NCBI GenBank assembly: GCA_016618085.1 | Contig: JABLTG010000013.1 | Coordinates: 1-64,000, forward strand | Direction: 5' to 3' | DNA: 64,000 nucleotides | Source: Neovahlkampfia damariscottae | Lineage: Eukaryota | Part shown: in pieces, positions 52,971 through 64,000 of the stretch | How the letters are laid out: every line of letters begins with the position of its first letter | Position numbering within the stretch: the stretch's first letter is position 1 | The notes under the pieces: model-generated | The model's database searches: none | Seen by the model: the letters and a program-made list of their open reading frames with translations, nothing else | What the model was told of the DNA's origin: nothing | Made by a program: the position numbers and the translations under genes

Positions 52971-54384
52971 TCAATTGAACAGGAAGTTTACATCATACAC
53001 TCTGACTTCTTGAATTTTTTTGAATCTCTTCATTGATAAATTTCGAATTTGAATGTTTTTTTCCAAAAATCTTTTTGCTACCTTGGACATTGAAAATAAT
53101 CCCAAATCAGTGATGGATGTATTTTGTTGTATTCCAGCAATAAAACCGTCATTCTGACAAATGTTTCTACCCAATCGCAAATTTGTTATGGTGCTATTTT
53201 CACTTAAAGCTTCCATCAATTCAGTGAACTCCAATGAATTGAAATGAATATTTTCTAAAGATAAAGTTGACAATGTACGATTGGTTTTGAAAAATCTCCC
53301 CAAATCTGAGACATTTTCAGCTTCAAAATAATGGTCACATACTATCAAAGATCTCAATATTTTGTTGTTTTTTAAAGGCAGCAGAATATTTCGACAGCTA
53401 CTGGCATAATCAGCATCGATTCTGATGGATTCAATAGTTTCATTATTTTTGAGAAAATCAGCAGTAGAATCAAAAGGAAACATATTTTTTGAAATGTCCA
53501 ATTCTATTATCATCTTATTTGACTTCAAACCTTCAATCAAAGTTTTGATTCCATATTCAGATATCCTGTTATCAGATATTTTCAAGCACCTGAGCGTTGA
53601 ATTTTTAGTTAAAGATGTTGCCAGTGCTAACATTCTTTGAGAGATTTAAAGACGTTAATGATTTATTCACTCTAAGACTATTCGCAAGAACATCCATGTA
53701 TTTCAAAGTTCTACCATTATCACTTAAAGAAAAACTATTTAAAGAGTTATTGCCTTCAATTGATTTAAATATTTCACATAATGCATCTGGGTATATCTGA
53801 TTTTTTGACAAATGCAATTCTGAAATTTTGTTCATTTCAAGAAGTTTTTTGAGCCCAGGACAATCTTCAATTGAATTAGTATTAAATGTAACTATTCTAA
53901 GAGTGTCATGTGATTCAATTGCTTTAGTCAAATGTGAAAATTCTTCGTCAGTGATTGAATTATTTTGTAATTCCAATTTTACAAGTGATGTATTCTCAAA
54001 AAGTGATTTGGAAAAAGTTTGAATTCCTTTTTTTATATTTGTTTGGTTTAATATCAACCCTTTTAAATGTGTATTTTTTTTTAAAGAAATGCCCATTTTC
54101 TCAATTCCATTGGTGCCTAAGTTACTCTTTGTTAAATCAAGTGAAGTCCAATGAACATTTGCTCCTAAGTTGTCAAAAATTGAGTTCAATTCCTTTGTTG
54201 ACATCTGATGGACAGTTATTTTTCTTTGAAGAACCAATCATTTGACATCCAGGAAGGAGAATAAATTTCTTTTTGAGAGTTTGTTTCTTCTGGTTGTTTT
54301 TTTTGTTTTCTGAAGATTTTTTTTTTAGTTGTTTTTTGTTTTTTACTTTGGTTGTTGAGTGCTTTTCTGTTTTCTCTTTTTCAT
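52971..54384 (-). pseudogene. RNI-type leucine-rich-repeat gene with frameshifts
   Basis: NxxLxxLxLxxN repeats. Frame change at about 53630 with no intron, and another near 54230. Confidence 0.7.
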
Positions 54385-54589
54385 CCCCCAAAATTGATCT
54401 AACTTTGTTGACCAATCAAAATAAAAAGTGAATTGAGTTGGTTAATGTGAAAAAAAGGTACCAATTTTGATTTGGAATTTGTATTGATCATTCCAGGTTG
54501 CAAAAGAATTGAGTGCTCATAATGTTTCTGTTTTGGGAGCAGAAAAACGGAAATTCCAAAAACACCCTTGATATAAATATCTGTCACAA

Positions 54590-55185
54590 TCTCTTGATCT
54601 CTCCATTTTTGCTTCTGGAAACATCTCTTTCAATTGAAAATATTGATATCTTTTTGTAGTTTCGAATTCACCAATTCCTTTATCTCAAGGTATTTCGAAT
54701 AGCAGGTCCAAAAATAGTACATGCAATAGATTCAATAATCAAAGGAATTATTCCTTCGATTTTAAGACAACTTGAGTTATTGAACAATTTTGAATCTGGA
54801 AGAAAATTCAAATTTGATAAATGAACATTTGGAGTTTGATCACCTTTTTTGATAAAATCAAATCCCAGTCATATGAATCTTTTAACAACTTTTTCATAAT
54901 TCTAAATCATAATCAGTGATTATAGGTTGATAGAAATCTTCATCTTTATGTGGAAACTGCAATGACACCTTTGGAATCATAACTTTGTCATCTTTAGCAT
55001 ATTTTGAACGTATAAACCTTGGAAAATTATCATAGTACAATTCACAAATTAAACTTGTTTTTAGTTCACCAAAAAGTTCATAAGGTGATTCATTTAACAA
55101 CCATTTTTGTGTTGATTCAAATTGTTTTGAGTCTTCTGGTTTTTTACATATAGATGATTTTGTCTTTTCAGAAATGTTTACTTAT
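54590..55185 (-). pseudogene. RGS-domain gene fragment
   Basis: NISEKTK...LF.ELK..LICELYYDNFPRFIRSK (RGS C-terminal half); broken frames; ends at the TIR element. Confidence 0.6.
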
Positions 55186-55678
55186 GGGTCTCTTTTTTAA
55201 TGATATTAAGACTCCTACGTAATTAATCACGTTGTACAAATAAACCCTTGTTTTCAATTTGAAGTCTATGGTTTCCACCGAACAAATGTGGTTTTTACGA
55301 ATAAAAAGACTTATTTCCGAATAGGTGTGGTTAATCCGAACGAGTGCTGTTATTCCGAATAAGTGTGGTTTTTAATGAATCAGTAGTGTTACTCAGAATA
55401 AGTTACTTTAATAGAAACAGGTCACTCATTCGTTTTTACCGTGTTTGGTTCAACTTGTCTGAACAAGTTTGAATAAGATAAGATTCCAATCTGACGCTTG
55501 TTTTGTTTAGAAATATGCCTTTTTTATTGAGATTTCTGTCAAATTTCTCGCTTTATTTTCTTTAATGTTGCTTTGAATAGTTTTTGATCCACGTCAAAAG
55601 AATTATATTGTATGTTGGTAAATAAATTTTATTTCCAGTCACCATTGATTTCTGAAATATTTATACTAACTTTCCAAT

Positions 55679-56473
55679 CTAGCATGAGGGCTGATAAAAA
55701 TCCTCACAAAACTCTTTGACTCCATATTGAAAATCATAAATCAATTGACTGATGTTTGCTTCGGAGATGTTATCATCCTCCAATGTTTTGTTCTCATCTT
55801 TATAATAAACCTTTGGAATAGGAATGACCAATTTCAAAGATTTTAGAATTGGATCATCACCTATATGAGGCAATATCAATTCTCTGTGAGCTGCATAGTT
55901 TCTAGAAAAGTGTAAATCATGCAAGTTTCTGCCATATTTGATGTTGTGAAGAAATTCTGTATTACTCTTGCCATCAGAATTCTTGAATTGTATTGGGTTT
56001 GCAAGAAACATCATATAAATCAGTTTAGTTTTTTGAAAATCTTGAAGTTCACCATACTTCTTTCCTAAAACAGTTTCCAACCATTTTTCAATTTTTTTCG
56101 CTGAACTTTTTCTTGTATCCTCAAAATGCTGTTTGTTTTCTTTATCTCCTCCTTCAAATAAAGATTTTGAATTGAACATTTTGATCTCTGTCATGTTAGA
56201 AGTACTTCCAAATTCTTTTGATATTGCAAACATAAGATGATCTAGGATGGACCATAAATGTTCTAATAATGATTTGTATTCAAAAGCAAAATCTATTATT
56301 TCTTCTTCGGTAATTTCATTTGGATCTTTACTTTCCAATAATTTGGCTTTTTTTTTCAAAGTTTCGGCTCTTTTCATCACTCCAGTGTATGTTATTTTCC
56401 AAGTTTCGTATGGAGTCATTTTTTGTTGCATGATTCCGATTGGTTGGTGAAGTTGGTTAATTCTTCTGAGCAT
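55679..56473 (-). CDS. Putative HEPN-domain RNase (Cthe_2314-like); likely alternative start at 56419
   Basis: Helical; EYKSLLEHLWSILDHLMFAI and SRNYAAH (R-x4-H); intronless. Confidence 0.55.
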   Translation of the reverse strand: MLRRINQLHQPIGIMQQKMTPYETWKITYTGVMKRAETLKKKAKLLESKDPNEITEEEIIDFAFEYKSLLEHLWSILDHLMFAISKEFGSTSNMTEIKMFNSKSLFEGGDKENKQHFEDTRKSSAKKIEKWLETVLGKKYGELQDFQKTKLIYMMFLANPIQFKNSDGKSNTEFLHNIKYGRNLHDLHFSRNYAAHRELILPHIGDDPILKSLKLVIPIPKVYYKDENKTLEDDNISEANISQLIYDFQYGVKEFCEDFYQPSC

Positions 56474-56775
56474 TTCCTCTCTTTTGCTTTCTGGATTTCA
56501 AATTTTTGATTCAAATCATCAGTAACTTTTTTTTCCACTATTTTTGGTTTACCCCAATCAAACATATTCTCTATTTCGTTTTCAGTTACAGGATCAGGAT
56601 GAACGTCATAAAATTTTTTCAATTTTTTTTTTCGTTCATCGGTTGGAAGAAATTCCTGTAATTGTTCTGATGGAATACTATCCCAAAATTCTTTATATTC
56701 TTTTGGAAACTCTTTGTCGCCATGAATTATTTGCCATTCTTCTTCTGACAAACATCTAGAGTTTTCTTCAAACAT
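56416..56775 (-). CDS. Charged 119-aa ORF upstream of HEPN ORF
   Basis: CCAAT upstream; its TGA overlaps the ATG (ATGA) of the downstream frame MTPYETWK. Confidence 0.55.
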   Translation of the reverse strand: MFEENSRCLSEEEWQIIHGDKEFPKEYKEFWDSIPSEQLQEFLPTDERKKKLKKFYDVHPDPVTENEIENMFDWGKPKIVEKKVTDDLNQKFEIQKAKERKCSEELTNFTNQSESCNKK

Positions 56776-56828
56776 AAAAATTGTGTGATTGGTGAATAAT
56801 AAACCAATCAGAGGATCAAGTTTAAATC

Positions 56829-57272
56829 ATGAGCGAATTTGTTGTTCTGGAAATATCCAATATTGTCCACAATAAATTGAAGTTAACCAATGAAGGAGAC
56901 AGATTTTATGTGAAAGAAGTGAAAGTGACAATCGGCAATCAAAAATTCAATCTCCAGAACACAAACAACAAAAAATTATATTATGACTGTGGTTGTCCAA
57001 ATACCATTCTTACTTTACAACAGACAGGAACTGATTGTCCACTGTTGAAATTTGAGAAATATTTGAAGGAGAACAATATTGGATATAAGATAAAAGTTCG
57101 TCACAACTTAATAAGTGAAGGAATAAAAACAAAAGCAATAATCAACGGGATTTCATCCAGCGTTTATTTTACCAAATCTGAATGTTGGATAGGATTACAA
57201 AGTTGGAATATTGGGATTTTAGTTGGGGCAGATGTTACACAAACACTTCTTGTTGAATTGAAAGGTCAATGA
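56829..57272 (+). CDS. Retropepsin-like (clan AA) protease-fold protein
   Basis: VKVTIG...LYYDCGCPNTIL (D[ST]G-like) ...GILVGADV; CCAAT upstream and AATAAA downstream. Confidence 0.5.
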   Translation: MSEFVVLEISNIVHNKLKLTNEGDRFYVKEVKVTIGNQKFNLQNTNNKKLYYDCGCPNTILTLQQTGTDCPLLKFEKYLKENNIGYKIKVRHNLISEGIKTKAIINGISSSVYFTKSECWIGLQSWNIGILVGADVTQTLLVELKGQ

Positions 57273-57931
57273 TCTGCATAATAAAGTGACTATTGTTTTA
57301 TCAGTGCTGTATATATATTATAAAAAACTCCTTTCATCTTATTTATTGTTCATTCCAAAGATTTAGATTCATAAATTCAAAATTGTTTATTTATTAGAAA
57401 ACATTGAACAAAAAATTGGATTAACAAAAAATACCCATAAATATTAAAAACAACGCCGATAAAAGAACAAAGAATTGAAGAATAAATTTTTTTTATTTCA
57501 AAACTGGAGTTTTTACTGAAACTGTCACGTTACAACTTGAAGTGTTTCGTTATTTGGAATAACTAAACTTTTTGTGTAAAAAGTAACTTATTTGGAGTAA
57601 CGCTACTTTTTCGTGAAAAACCATACTTATTCGGAATAACACCACTTATTTGGATTAACCTCACTCATTCAGAAATAAGTCTTTTTATTGGTAAAAACCA
57701 CACTTGTTCGGTTGAAACCACAGACTTCAACTTAGAAACTAAGGTTTATTCTTATAACACAACTAATTGCACAGGAGTCTTATTGTTCTTCTTGTGTTTT
57801 AACGGAATTTTTTTGATTGGTTGGTTTTTCACAACCAATGACCGAATTCTGAAGAGAAAAAAGCCTTTAGAAAATAGTCCAATTCTAAAAGAAACAAATA
57901 CATTCATTCCACCAAATTGTTGTCCATTGAT

Positions 57932-59080
57932 TTAATTAAACTGATAAACAAAAGCAACATCATTTTTTTCCTTCTTTCCCATAACAACAAAAGAACCATC
58001 ATGATCAACATTTTGAGAAACGCTTTCAAAATAAACTTCATTCATTGCAATTTCTTGCACTTTTTCGAAATCACTCGAAACTCTTTTATAAATGAATAAT
58101 CTCCCGTCACCTGAAACAGTTACAATATTTTGTTCATTAAAAGCAGCAAATGAAGAAGCAAAGTTAGAATTGAGTCCTTTTATTACAGTATCTGGTTTAT
58201 AAGAATAATTTCTTCCATTTCTTGGTTTGAACCAAACGAGAATCGAACCATTAAAACTGTGTAAAACTACTTCACCTGTTTTGTCAATTGCTGACCATTG
58301 ACCGAAGTTACCATTTCTGGTACCGTATAAAGAGGTTTGAAACCTTGCAGTTTCAGTTTTATTTTTGGTTCGAGCAGGATCAAACATCACATAACTATGC
58401 GAAGCAAGAGAGAGCAAAAAACTTGGTTTGTTACCTCCATTTAAACCAGAGGCAATCGGTGATTTACCTAAATGATTCATTACACCAAATCTCATGCCCC
58501 AATTTTGATGATTTGAGTATCCAATTGGAAAATTCACCCAAATGCCATAATTGTGAAAATAGAATCCTCCAATGATAACATAATCACCAGATATTGCCAT
58601 AGTCCTGACATCCGTTTTTAAAGTACCTTCTCTAGGCCTCGTATCATCTGTCCAGTGTATTGGAAATACTTTGGTGATATTCCAGTCAGGTTTTTCGAAC
58701 AATAATGCTTGTTGTTTATCTTTATCTCCTCTTTCAATATCTCTAACAAAACCAACAAGTAATTTTCCTTGACTTAATGAAATATGAAGTTTTCCACTGA
58801 CAAATTTTCCTTCATACTTTGGCATTGTCAATTTTTTTTGGAATTCAATGTTTTTTCTTTTTTTTTTGTATATAAATAAAACTGAACTTTCACCTGAATG
58901 TGATTCTTTTGATTTTTCAATTCCTGTTAAAATTATGTATTCATTATCAATCAAACTACTTCTTTGCGTCACATCGTTTTGGAAAGAACATTTTTTACAG
59001 TTTTGTGGTTCTAATTCACTAATAAATTCCACCTTTGAAAAAACAAAGACAATAATAACTAAAAACAACAAAAACTTCAT
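57932..59080 (-). CDS. Secreted beta-propeller-like protein
   Basis: Signal peptide MKFLLFLVIIVFVFS; repeated beta-strand units (MAISGDYVIIGG, FGQWSAID, FASSFAA). Confidence 0.7.
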   Translation of the reverse strand: MKFLLFLVIIVFVFSKVEFISELEPQNCKKCSFQNDVTQRSSLIDNEYIILTGIEKSKESHSGESSVLFIYKKKRKNIEFQKKLTMPKYEGKFVSGKLHISLSQGKLLVGFVRDIERGDKDKQQALLFEKPDWNITKVFPIHWTDDTRPREGTLKTDVRTMAISGDYVIIGGFYFHNYGIWVNFPIGYSNHQNWGMRFGVMNHLGKSPIASGLNGGNKPSFLLSLASHSYVMFDPARTKNKTETARFQTSLYGTRNGNFGQWSAIDKTGEVVLHSFNGSILVWFKPRNGRNYSYKPDTVIKGLNSNFASSFAAFNEQNIVTVSGDGRLFIYKRVSSDFEKVQEIAMNEVYFESVSQNVDHDGSFVVMGKKEKNDVAFVYQFN

Positions 59081-59152
59081 GTTTGTCGGTTAGTTGGAAC
59101 GGACCAATAGAATACATTTCTCCTGTTTTGGTGATAATTGCAATTGAAGCAT

Positions 59153-62100
59153 TTATTTTTTCAAATTCTTCACATATTCAAAAATATAGTCCAATTGATT
59201 AGGATCATTCAATGCTTGTTGAATAAACTCAATTTTGTCAACAGACATTTTCTCCAAATCCGAAACAATTTGCAAAGGCTCACCATCTTTTGAAATTTTA
59301 ATTTCACCATTCCAATCAGAAGGTAATTCATTCAAACGATATAATTCACAAACTCTTGAGTAATAAGTTGAGATTCCATAATTTTCTAGTGAATTAAAAA
59401 CTTCCATTGCCTTTTTGAATTTTTTTTGTTGGAATAGTTTCTTTCCTTTTTCAAATTCTTCAATATTTATCACTCCTTTCTTCTGTGAAGAAACTATTTC
59501 AAATAATTCTTTTGCATTTTCTTGCCCTTTAAGATAGAAATATCCTAATGAATACGAAATTAATTCCGGAACTAATTTGATGGTTTCTTGAACTTCTTTA
59601 GTGACCACAAGTGAAACCCCAAGTGTTTTTGTAAGTGATTCCATTCTTGAAGCTGTGTTAACTGTTGAACTAATTACAGTTGCATCCAATCGCTTTTCAA
59701 AACCTAAAGTTCCCAACATCACATTTCCATAAGCCAACCCAACACCAATATCAATTGGAATTTGAAGACTTTTATTTAATTTTTTCAATGAATCCAACAT
59801 TTCGACTCCTGCTTTTACTCCATCTTTTGGAGATCCTGGAAATATTGCCATAACACAATCACCAATGAATTTATCAACAAATCCATGATTTTTTGAAATT
59901 GCTGGAGCTATTTCACTTAGAATATCATTGACAAATTGAAATGATTCTTTAGCATCCATTTTATCTGTGATAGAGGTGAAATTTCTGATATCTGAAAATA
60001 AAATTGTCATTTTCTTTTCAACTGAATCTGATTGTTTAACATTCCTGACATCTTGTTTTTCTAATAAATTCAAAAATTCTTTTGGTAAGAATCTAGCATA
60101 GGCTTCATTGATTGTTTTGACATCTTCAAATAAATTTGAATTTTCAATTGAAATTGCCACTTGAGATAGCACATGTCTCAAAATGAATTTCTTTGATTCC
60201 GTGAATGCTCCTTCCATGTTGTTATTTTCCAAATATAAAACACCTGTGATATTCTTTCCTTTTGCAATTGGTGCACAAAGAACTGATTTCACAAAATTGT
60301 TTTGAATATATTCATCTTCTTTTAAATTTTCCTCTTTCATTGCATTATGATAGAAAATCATATTTTTTTGATTCAAGCATTGATTGAAAACTCTAAGAGA
60401 AAGGAATTTTGAACTTTTCAAGATTTCTTTTGAAATTTGACTTTGAGTTTCAGAAGACGAAAATTCACTTGAAACAATATATTTTTCATTCTCTTTCAAA
60501 ATAATAAAACCCCTTGTGGCACCAGCATTTTCAACAATTACTTGGTTCAATTTTGTTAACAATTTCTTTTTTTCTAAATCCTCTGAAACAGTGTTTGATG
60601 ATTTGATTACTGTCTGAAGATCAACTCCCAACATGTTCAATGATTCTGTTGCTGATGCAGATCCTGTATTCAAATCAATTGAAGGATTTGTCGTAGAACT
60701 AATTGCTTCATATTGTTTGAGCTTAATACATCTCACAATAACTCCCATTGCTTTCCATTTATGATAAGCAAGGCTATACAAGAATCTAGAATATTCTTTG
60801 AATTGTGAAGTTTCTTCACAAAATTCAGCAAAATATTCTATGGCCATTGCTTCAATCCATGAACATCCATTACTTCCGGCGTGTGTAGAAGCAGAGTTAA
60901 ACAAGCTGAATATCTCAACAATGTCTTCAATTTTTGTTTTATCTATCATCAATGATTTGAACAAAGCTTGACCAAGAGAATATCTTGATTGAAAATAGAT
61001 TGCATTTAATTTTGAATATCCTTCTAATAAATCAATATTAGCTTTCATATTCTCCAAAATAGTATTATCCAATGATTGTTGATACAAATGATAATCGATC
61101 AAAATTGAAGTCATTGCAATTTCATAAAAATGCGGTAAACCTATGTTTTCTGTTGGAAATTGTTGAATGGTATCTAGTGCGATTCTTGCTCCTTTGAAGT
61201 CTTGCAATAAAAATAATGAAGTTGCTTTTTGTTCATAATAGTTGAAACGACCAAACGGAATTTCAATATAACCAGGGATCATATGCACTGAATTGAATGA
61301 AGTTGATTTTCCCGTGATAATTTTGATAGTTTCAATTGAAGCAGCCATCATATCACCTATTACTAGATGTTTTGAATTGTAAATAGCTTTTTGAGCAGCT
61401 AACACTCTTCCAAGAAGAATTAAGAAATTAGTTCCATTGCAGATATTGAAATTCATCCAACAAAAACAAGCATATGAACCCCAATTTAATTCGCCAATAT
61501 TGAAACCAAAAGTATATGCATTTTCTGTCAATTTGATGGCATTGGTAGCATTGCTGTTAAATATTTGAAGTAACCCACTGTAAAATTTAACATACAGATG
61601 AATGTTTGGACTATTTATGTTTTTTGTTAACTCTTGAGCCAATTTTCCAAAAATTTTTGCTTCATTTTCTTTGAAGTAGAATTGCGCATGCCAAGAAAGT
61701 GAAGCTAAGATAGCAGGTAAACAATCATTATTTCCATAATTAACTGCAATTTTAACACCCATCAATTGATTGGCAAATGCAAAATGAGGCTGAGCTGTTT
61801 GGTAAAACACTGCAGAGCTTTGCAACATATATCTTGACAATAAACTCATTTCTTCATCTGCTTTCTTTGGGATTCCATCTAAAAATAACTTTCCTGTTTC
61901 TTTCCCTTTCGTAAAATTGATCAATTCATGCAACAATTTAAAACTCCAATTTTCAAAATCTTCATTCTTTTCTTTTGGCATATCCTTTGAAACTTCATAC
62001 ATTTCAAAGACATCAAAAATCAATTTTATTGCAACTGGAAAGTTCGCTATGAATAGCAAAAGTTTGGTATACGCTACAATAGCTTTTAAGGATTCAAAAT

Positions 62101-64000
62101 TTGTTGTTGATTTTTCAACTAATTCTTGAAACACTTCAATGGCTTCCTCAAGTTTACAGGATAAAAATAAATTTGTTGCTTGCATGAAATTTACTCTGTA
62201 AGTCAAATCATGAATTAATTCCCAAGCATTTTCTGTCAATAAAGATCTAGCGGTTGATGAAAATTTTAAAGCTGGTTCAAAAGCATAGTTCTTTGTAGCA
62301 ACCTTGGATGCCATTAAATTCAATGAAATTAAGTGATTTCTGTCATGAAATATATCCGATGCTTCATTCAAATTGTTTACAATATCAAAAATATGAGTCT
62401 CAACATCATCTTGTTTCATTGCAGTTTTCAATAATTTTTCTCCAATTTTCAAGTGAGTTTGAGCTTTATCTTTAAAAATTTCGTACGCAGCTTGTTGTAA
62501 TCGATCATGAACAAATTTATAACTTGAATCTTTTTGATAGATCCAACCCAATGTGATCGGAATCAAAAGATCTTTGTAGGTTTCTTGTGGAGATTTGTCA
62601 TAAACCATGCACATTACTTCAATGGTAAATGTATTTCCAATACAAGCTGCAATGTTTAAAATAATTTTTGTGGTTTCAGTAAATTCATTCAAATTTCCAA
62701 CCATGAAATCAACAACATTATCACTGAATTTTGTGTTTGAAATCTCTTTTAAATCCCAATTCCATTTCTCAGTTGAATAATCAAATTTAATCAAATTCTT
62801 ATCATATAACGCCAAAGTGAATTCTTTCATGAAAAATGGATTTCCATTGGTTTTTTTGAAAACTACATTGGAAAGTTCTTTGATGTCTTTTGATTTCAAA
62901 GAATCAGACAAAAATTCTTCAATATTTTGGAAATCTAAATGGTCTAGAGTTACTGTGATAAATTCTCTTTCAGTCAACAATGGCTGAAGAATTGTCATCA
63001 ATGGATGAGATTCAGAAACTTCATTATCTCTGTAAGCCCCAAGAATGAATAATCTAACATCTTTTTCAGACAATAATTGTTCAATTAATGATAAAGAAGG
63101 TGGATCAGCCCATTGTAAATCATCCAAAAATAGTGCTAAGACATTTCCATTTGAAGCATAGATTTTCAAAAAATCAATAATTGCAGAGATGAATCTTTTT
63201 TGTTCATCACTTTCTGAAGGTAAATCAAGTAATTCTGGTAGATCTTCACCTAATACATAAATACTCTCTGGGATAAAATTGGTGATGATTTTCGCTCGAT
63301 CTGTTAAAACTGATAAAATTTCTCTTTTATGTTCAATTAATTCTTCTTTTGATTTCAATGCTAAAAATCCGAATAACTTTTTGAAAATTCTGCTCAAAGA
63401 GATGAATACTTTACAATTTACTTACTGGATGAACGCAAAATAAGGTCTTGATTTTTGAAATTGATCATATTTTCCAGTGAACACTAAACGATATTTTTCT
63501 TTAATGAGAATATCATCAACCAATCTCGACTTTCCAATTCCACTTGAACCACAGATCATGCACATTTCAACAGAATCATTTTGTTCCACAAATTGAAGTC
63601 TTTCTTTCAATAATTTTACTTCTTTGTCTCTTCCATAGAGTTTGTTATCAAATCTAAAAATATCATCAACATCAAGTTGTCCTGCTCTGAATGTTTTTAA
63701 AATGTCTTGATTTTTCAAATTTTGTTGAATGAATTCTAATTCTTTCTTTACACCAATGATTGAAAAGTAACGTTCATTTTGATTTTTTTTTATCATTTTT
63801 TGAATTACTTGTTCAATACAATCTGGTATTGATGTTTCAAAAGACTTTAAAGTTGGTGGTTGTTTTGCGATATGTGAATAAACAACGTTGGTCAAATCAC
63901 CTTCAAAAGGTACTCTTCCTGTTAGTAATTGGAAAAAAGTGATTCCAAGTGAATAAATATCGCTTGTTTTGTCAACTAAAGATGTAGTTCTACCTGTTTG
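59153..64000 (-). CDS. Ser/Thr kinase - AAA ATPase (STAND-like) - GAF - class III nucleotide cyclase; 5' end off window
   Basis: SDIYSLG kinase tail, LYGRDKE, GSSGIGKS, LFLDDLQWAD, TNGNPFF, FVHDRLQQAAY, GAF (SVLCAPI..GVLYLENN), cyclase (FSDIRNFT, DKFIGDC, VNTASRMES); intron near 63389-63424. Confidence 0.9.

Larger units (their letters stand above)
55209..57780. mobile_element. Non-autonomous TIR-bounded element (~2.57 kb) carrying three cargo ORFs
   Basis: About 200-bp diverged inverted repeats at 55209-55410 and 57580-57780, termini AGACTCC/GGAGTCT each flanked by TA, with internal ~19-20-nt tandem units. Confidence 0.7.

Noticed and set aside
55265..55410. CRISPR-like array
   Set aside because: Degenerate contiguous units without unique spacers, mirrored in inverted orientation, no cas genes, eukaryotic context.

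Overview
Very AT-rich, gene-dense eukaryotic (protist) DNA with tiny GT-AG introns of about 25-45 nt. The actin sequence (GRPKQKSIM...) is Naegleria/heterolobosean-like, which is an inference by eye. Bases 1-36,300 are a compact housekeeping block: a vitellogenin-like lipid-transfer protein, DEP protein, MBF1, RPL15, Yippee, Bud32, an SPFH-SPRY fusion, MgtE, Hsp20, AlkB, APE2, RalGAP-like, ALG5, a P450, RVB1, an ATG11/FIP200-claw protein, alpha-COP, SCYL1 and an Arf. An intron-containing tRNA-Tyr marks the start of a ~20 kb decayed mobile-element island. It holds two head-to-head Ty3/Gypsy relics, LTRs, a 5S rRNA gene plus a rearranged 5S copy, a bacterial-type AAA-ATPase pseudogene, a Sola-like DDE relic, a divergent actin, and LRR and RGS pseudogenes. 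The window ends in a bacterial-type kinase-AAA-GAF-cyclase gene. The top candidates for something new are: (1) a 2.57 kb TIR-bounded, transposase-less element carrying a HEPN (RxxxxH) ORF coupled by an ATGA overlap to an upstream ORF, plus a divergent retropepsin-like ORF; (2) an RVB1 intron with a hairpin, an 18-nt stop-containing cassette and an AG|GT recursive site; (3) a TPR-J-domain co-chaperone with a C-terminal GLEBS motif; (4) adjacent alpha-COP, SCYL1 and Arf genes; (5) a protist vitellogenin-like protein with an internal antimicrobial-peptide-like helix. All family calls are from motif recognition only; no searches were run.
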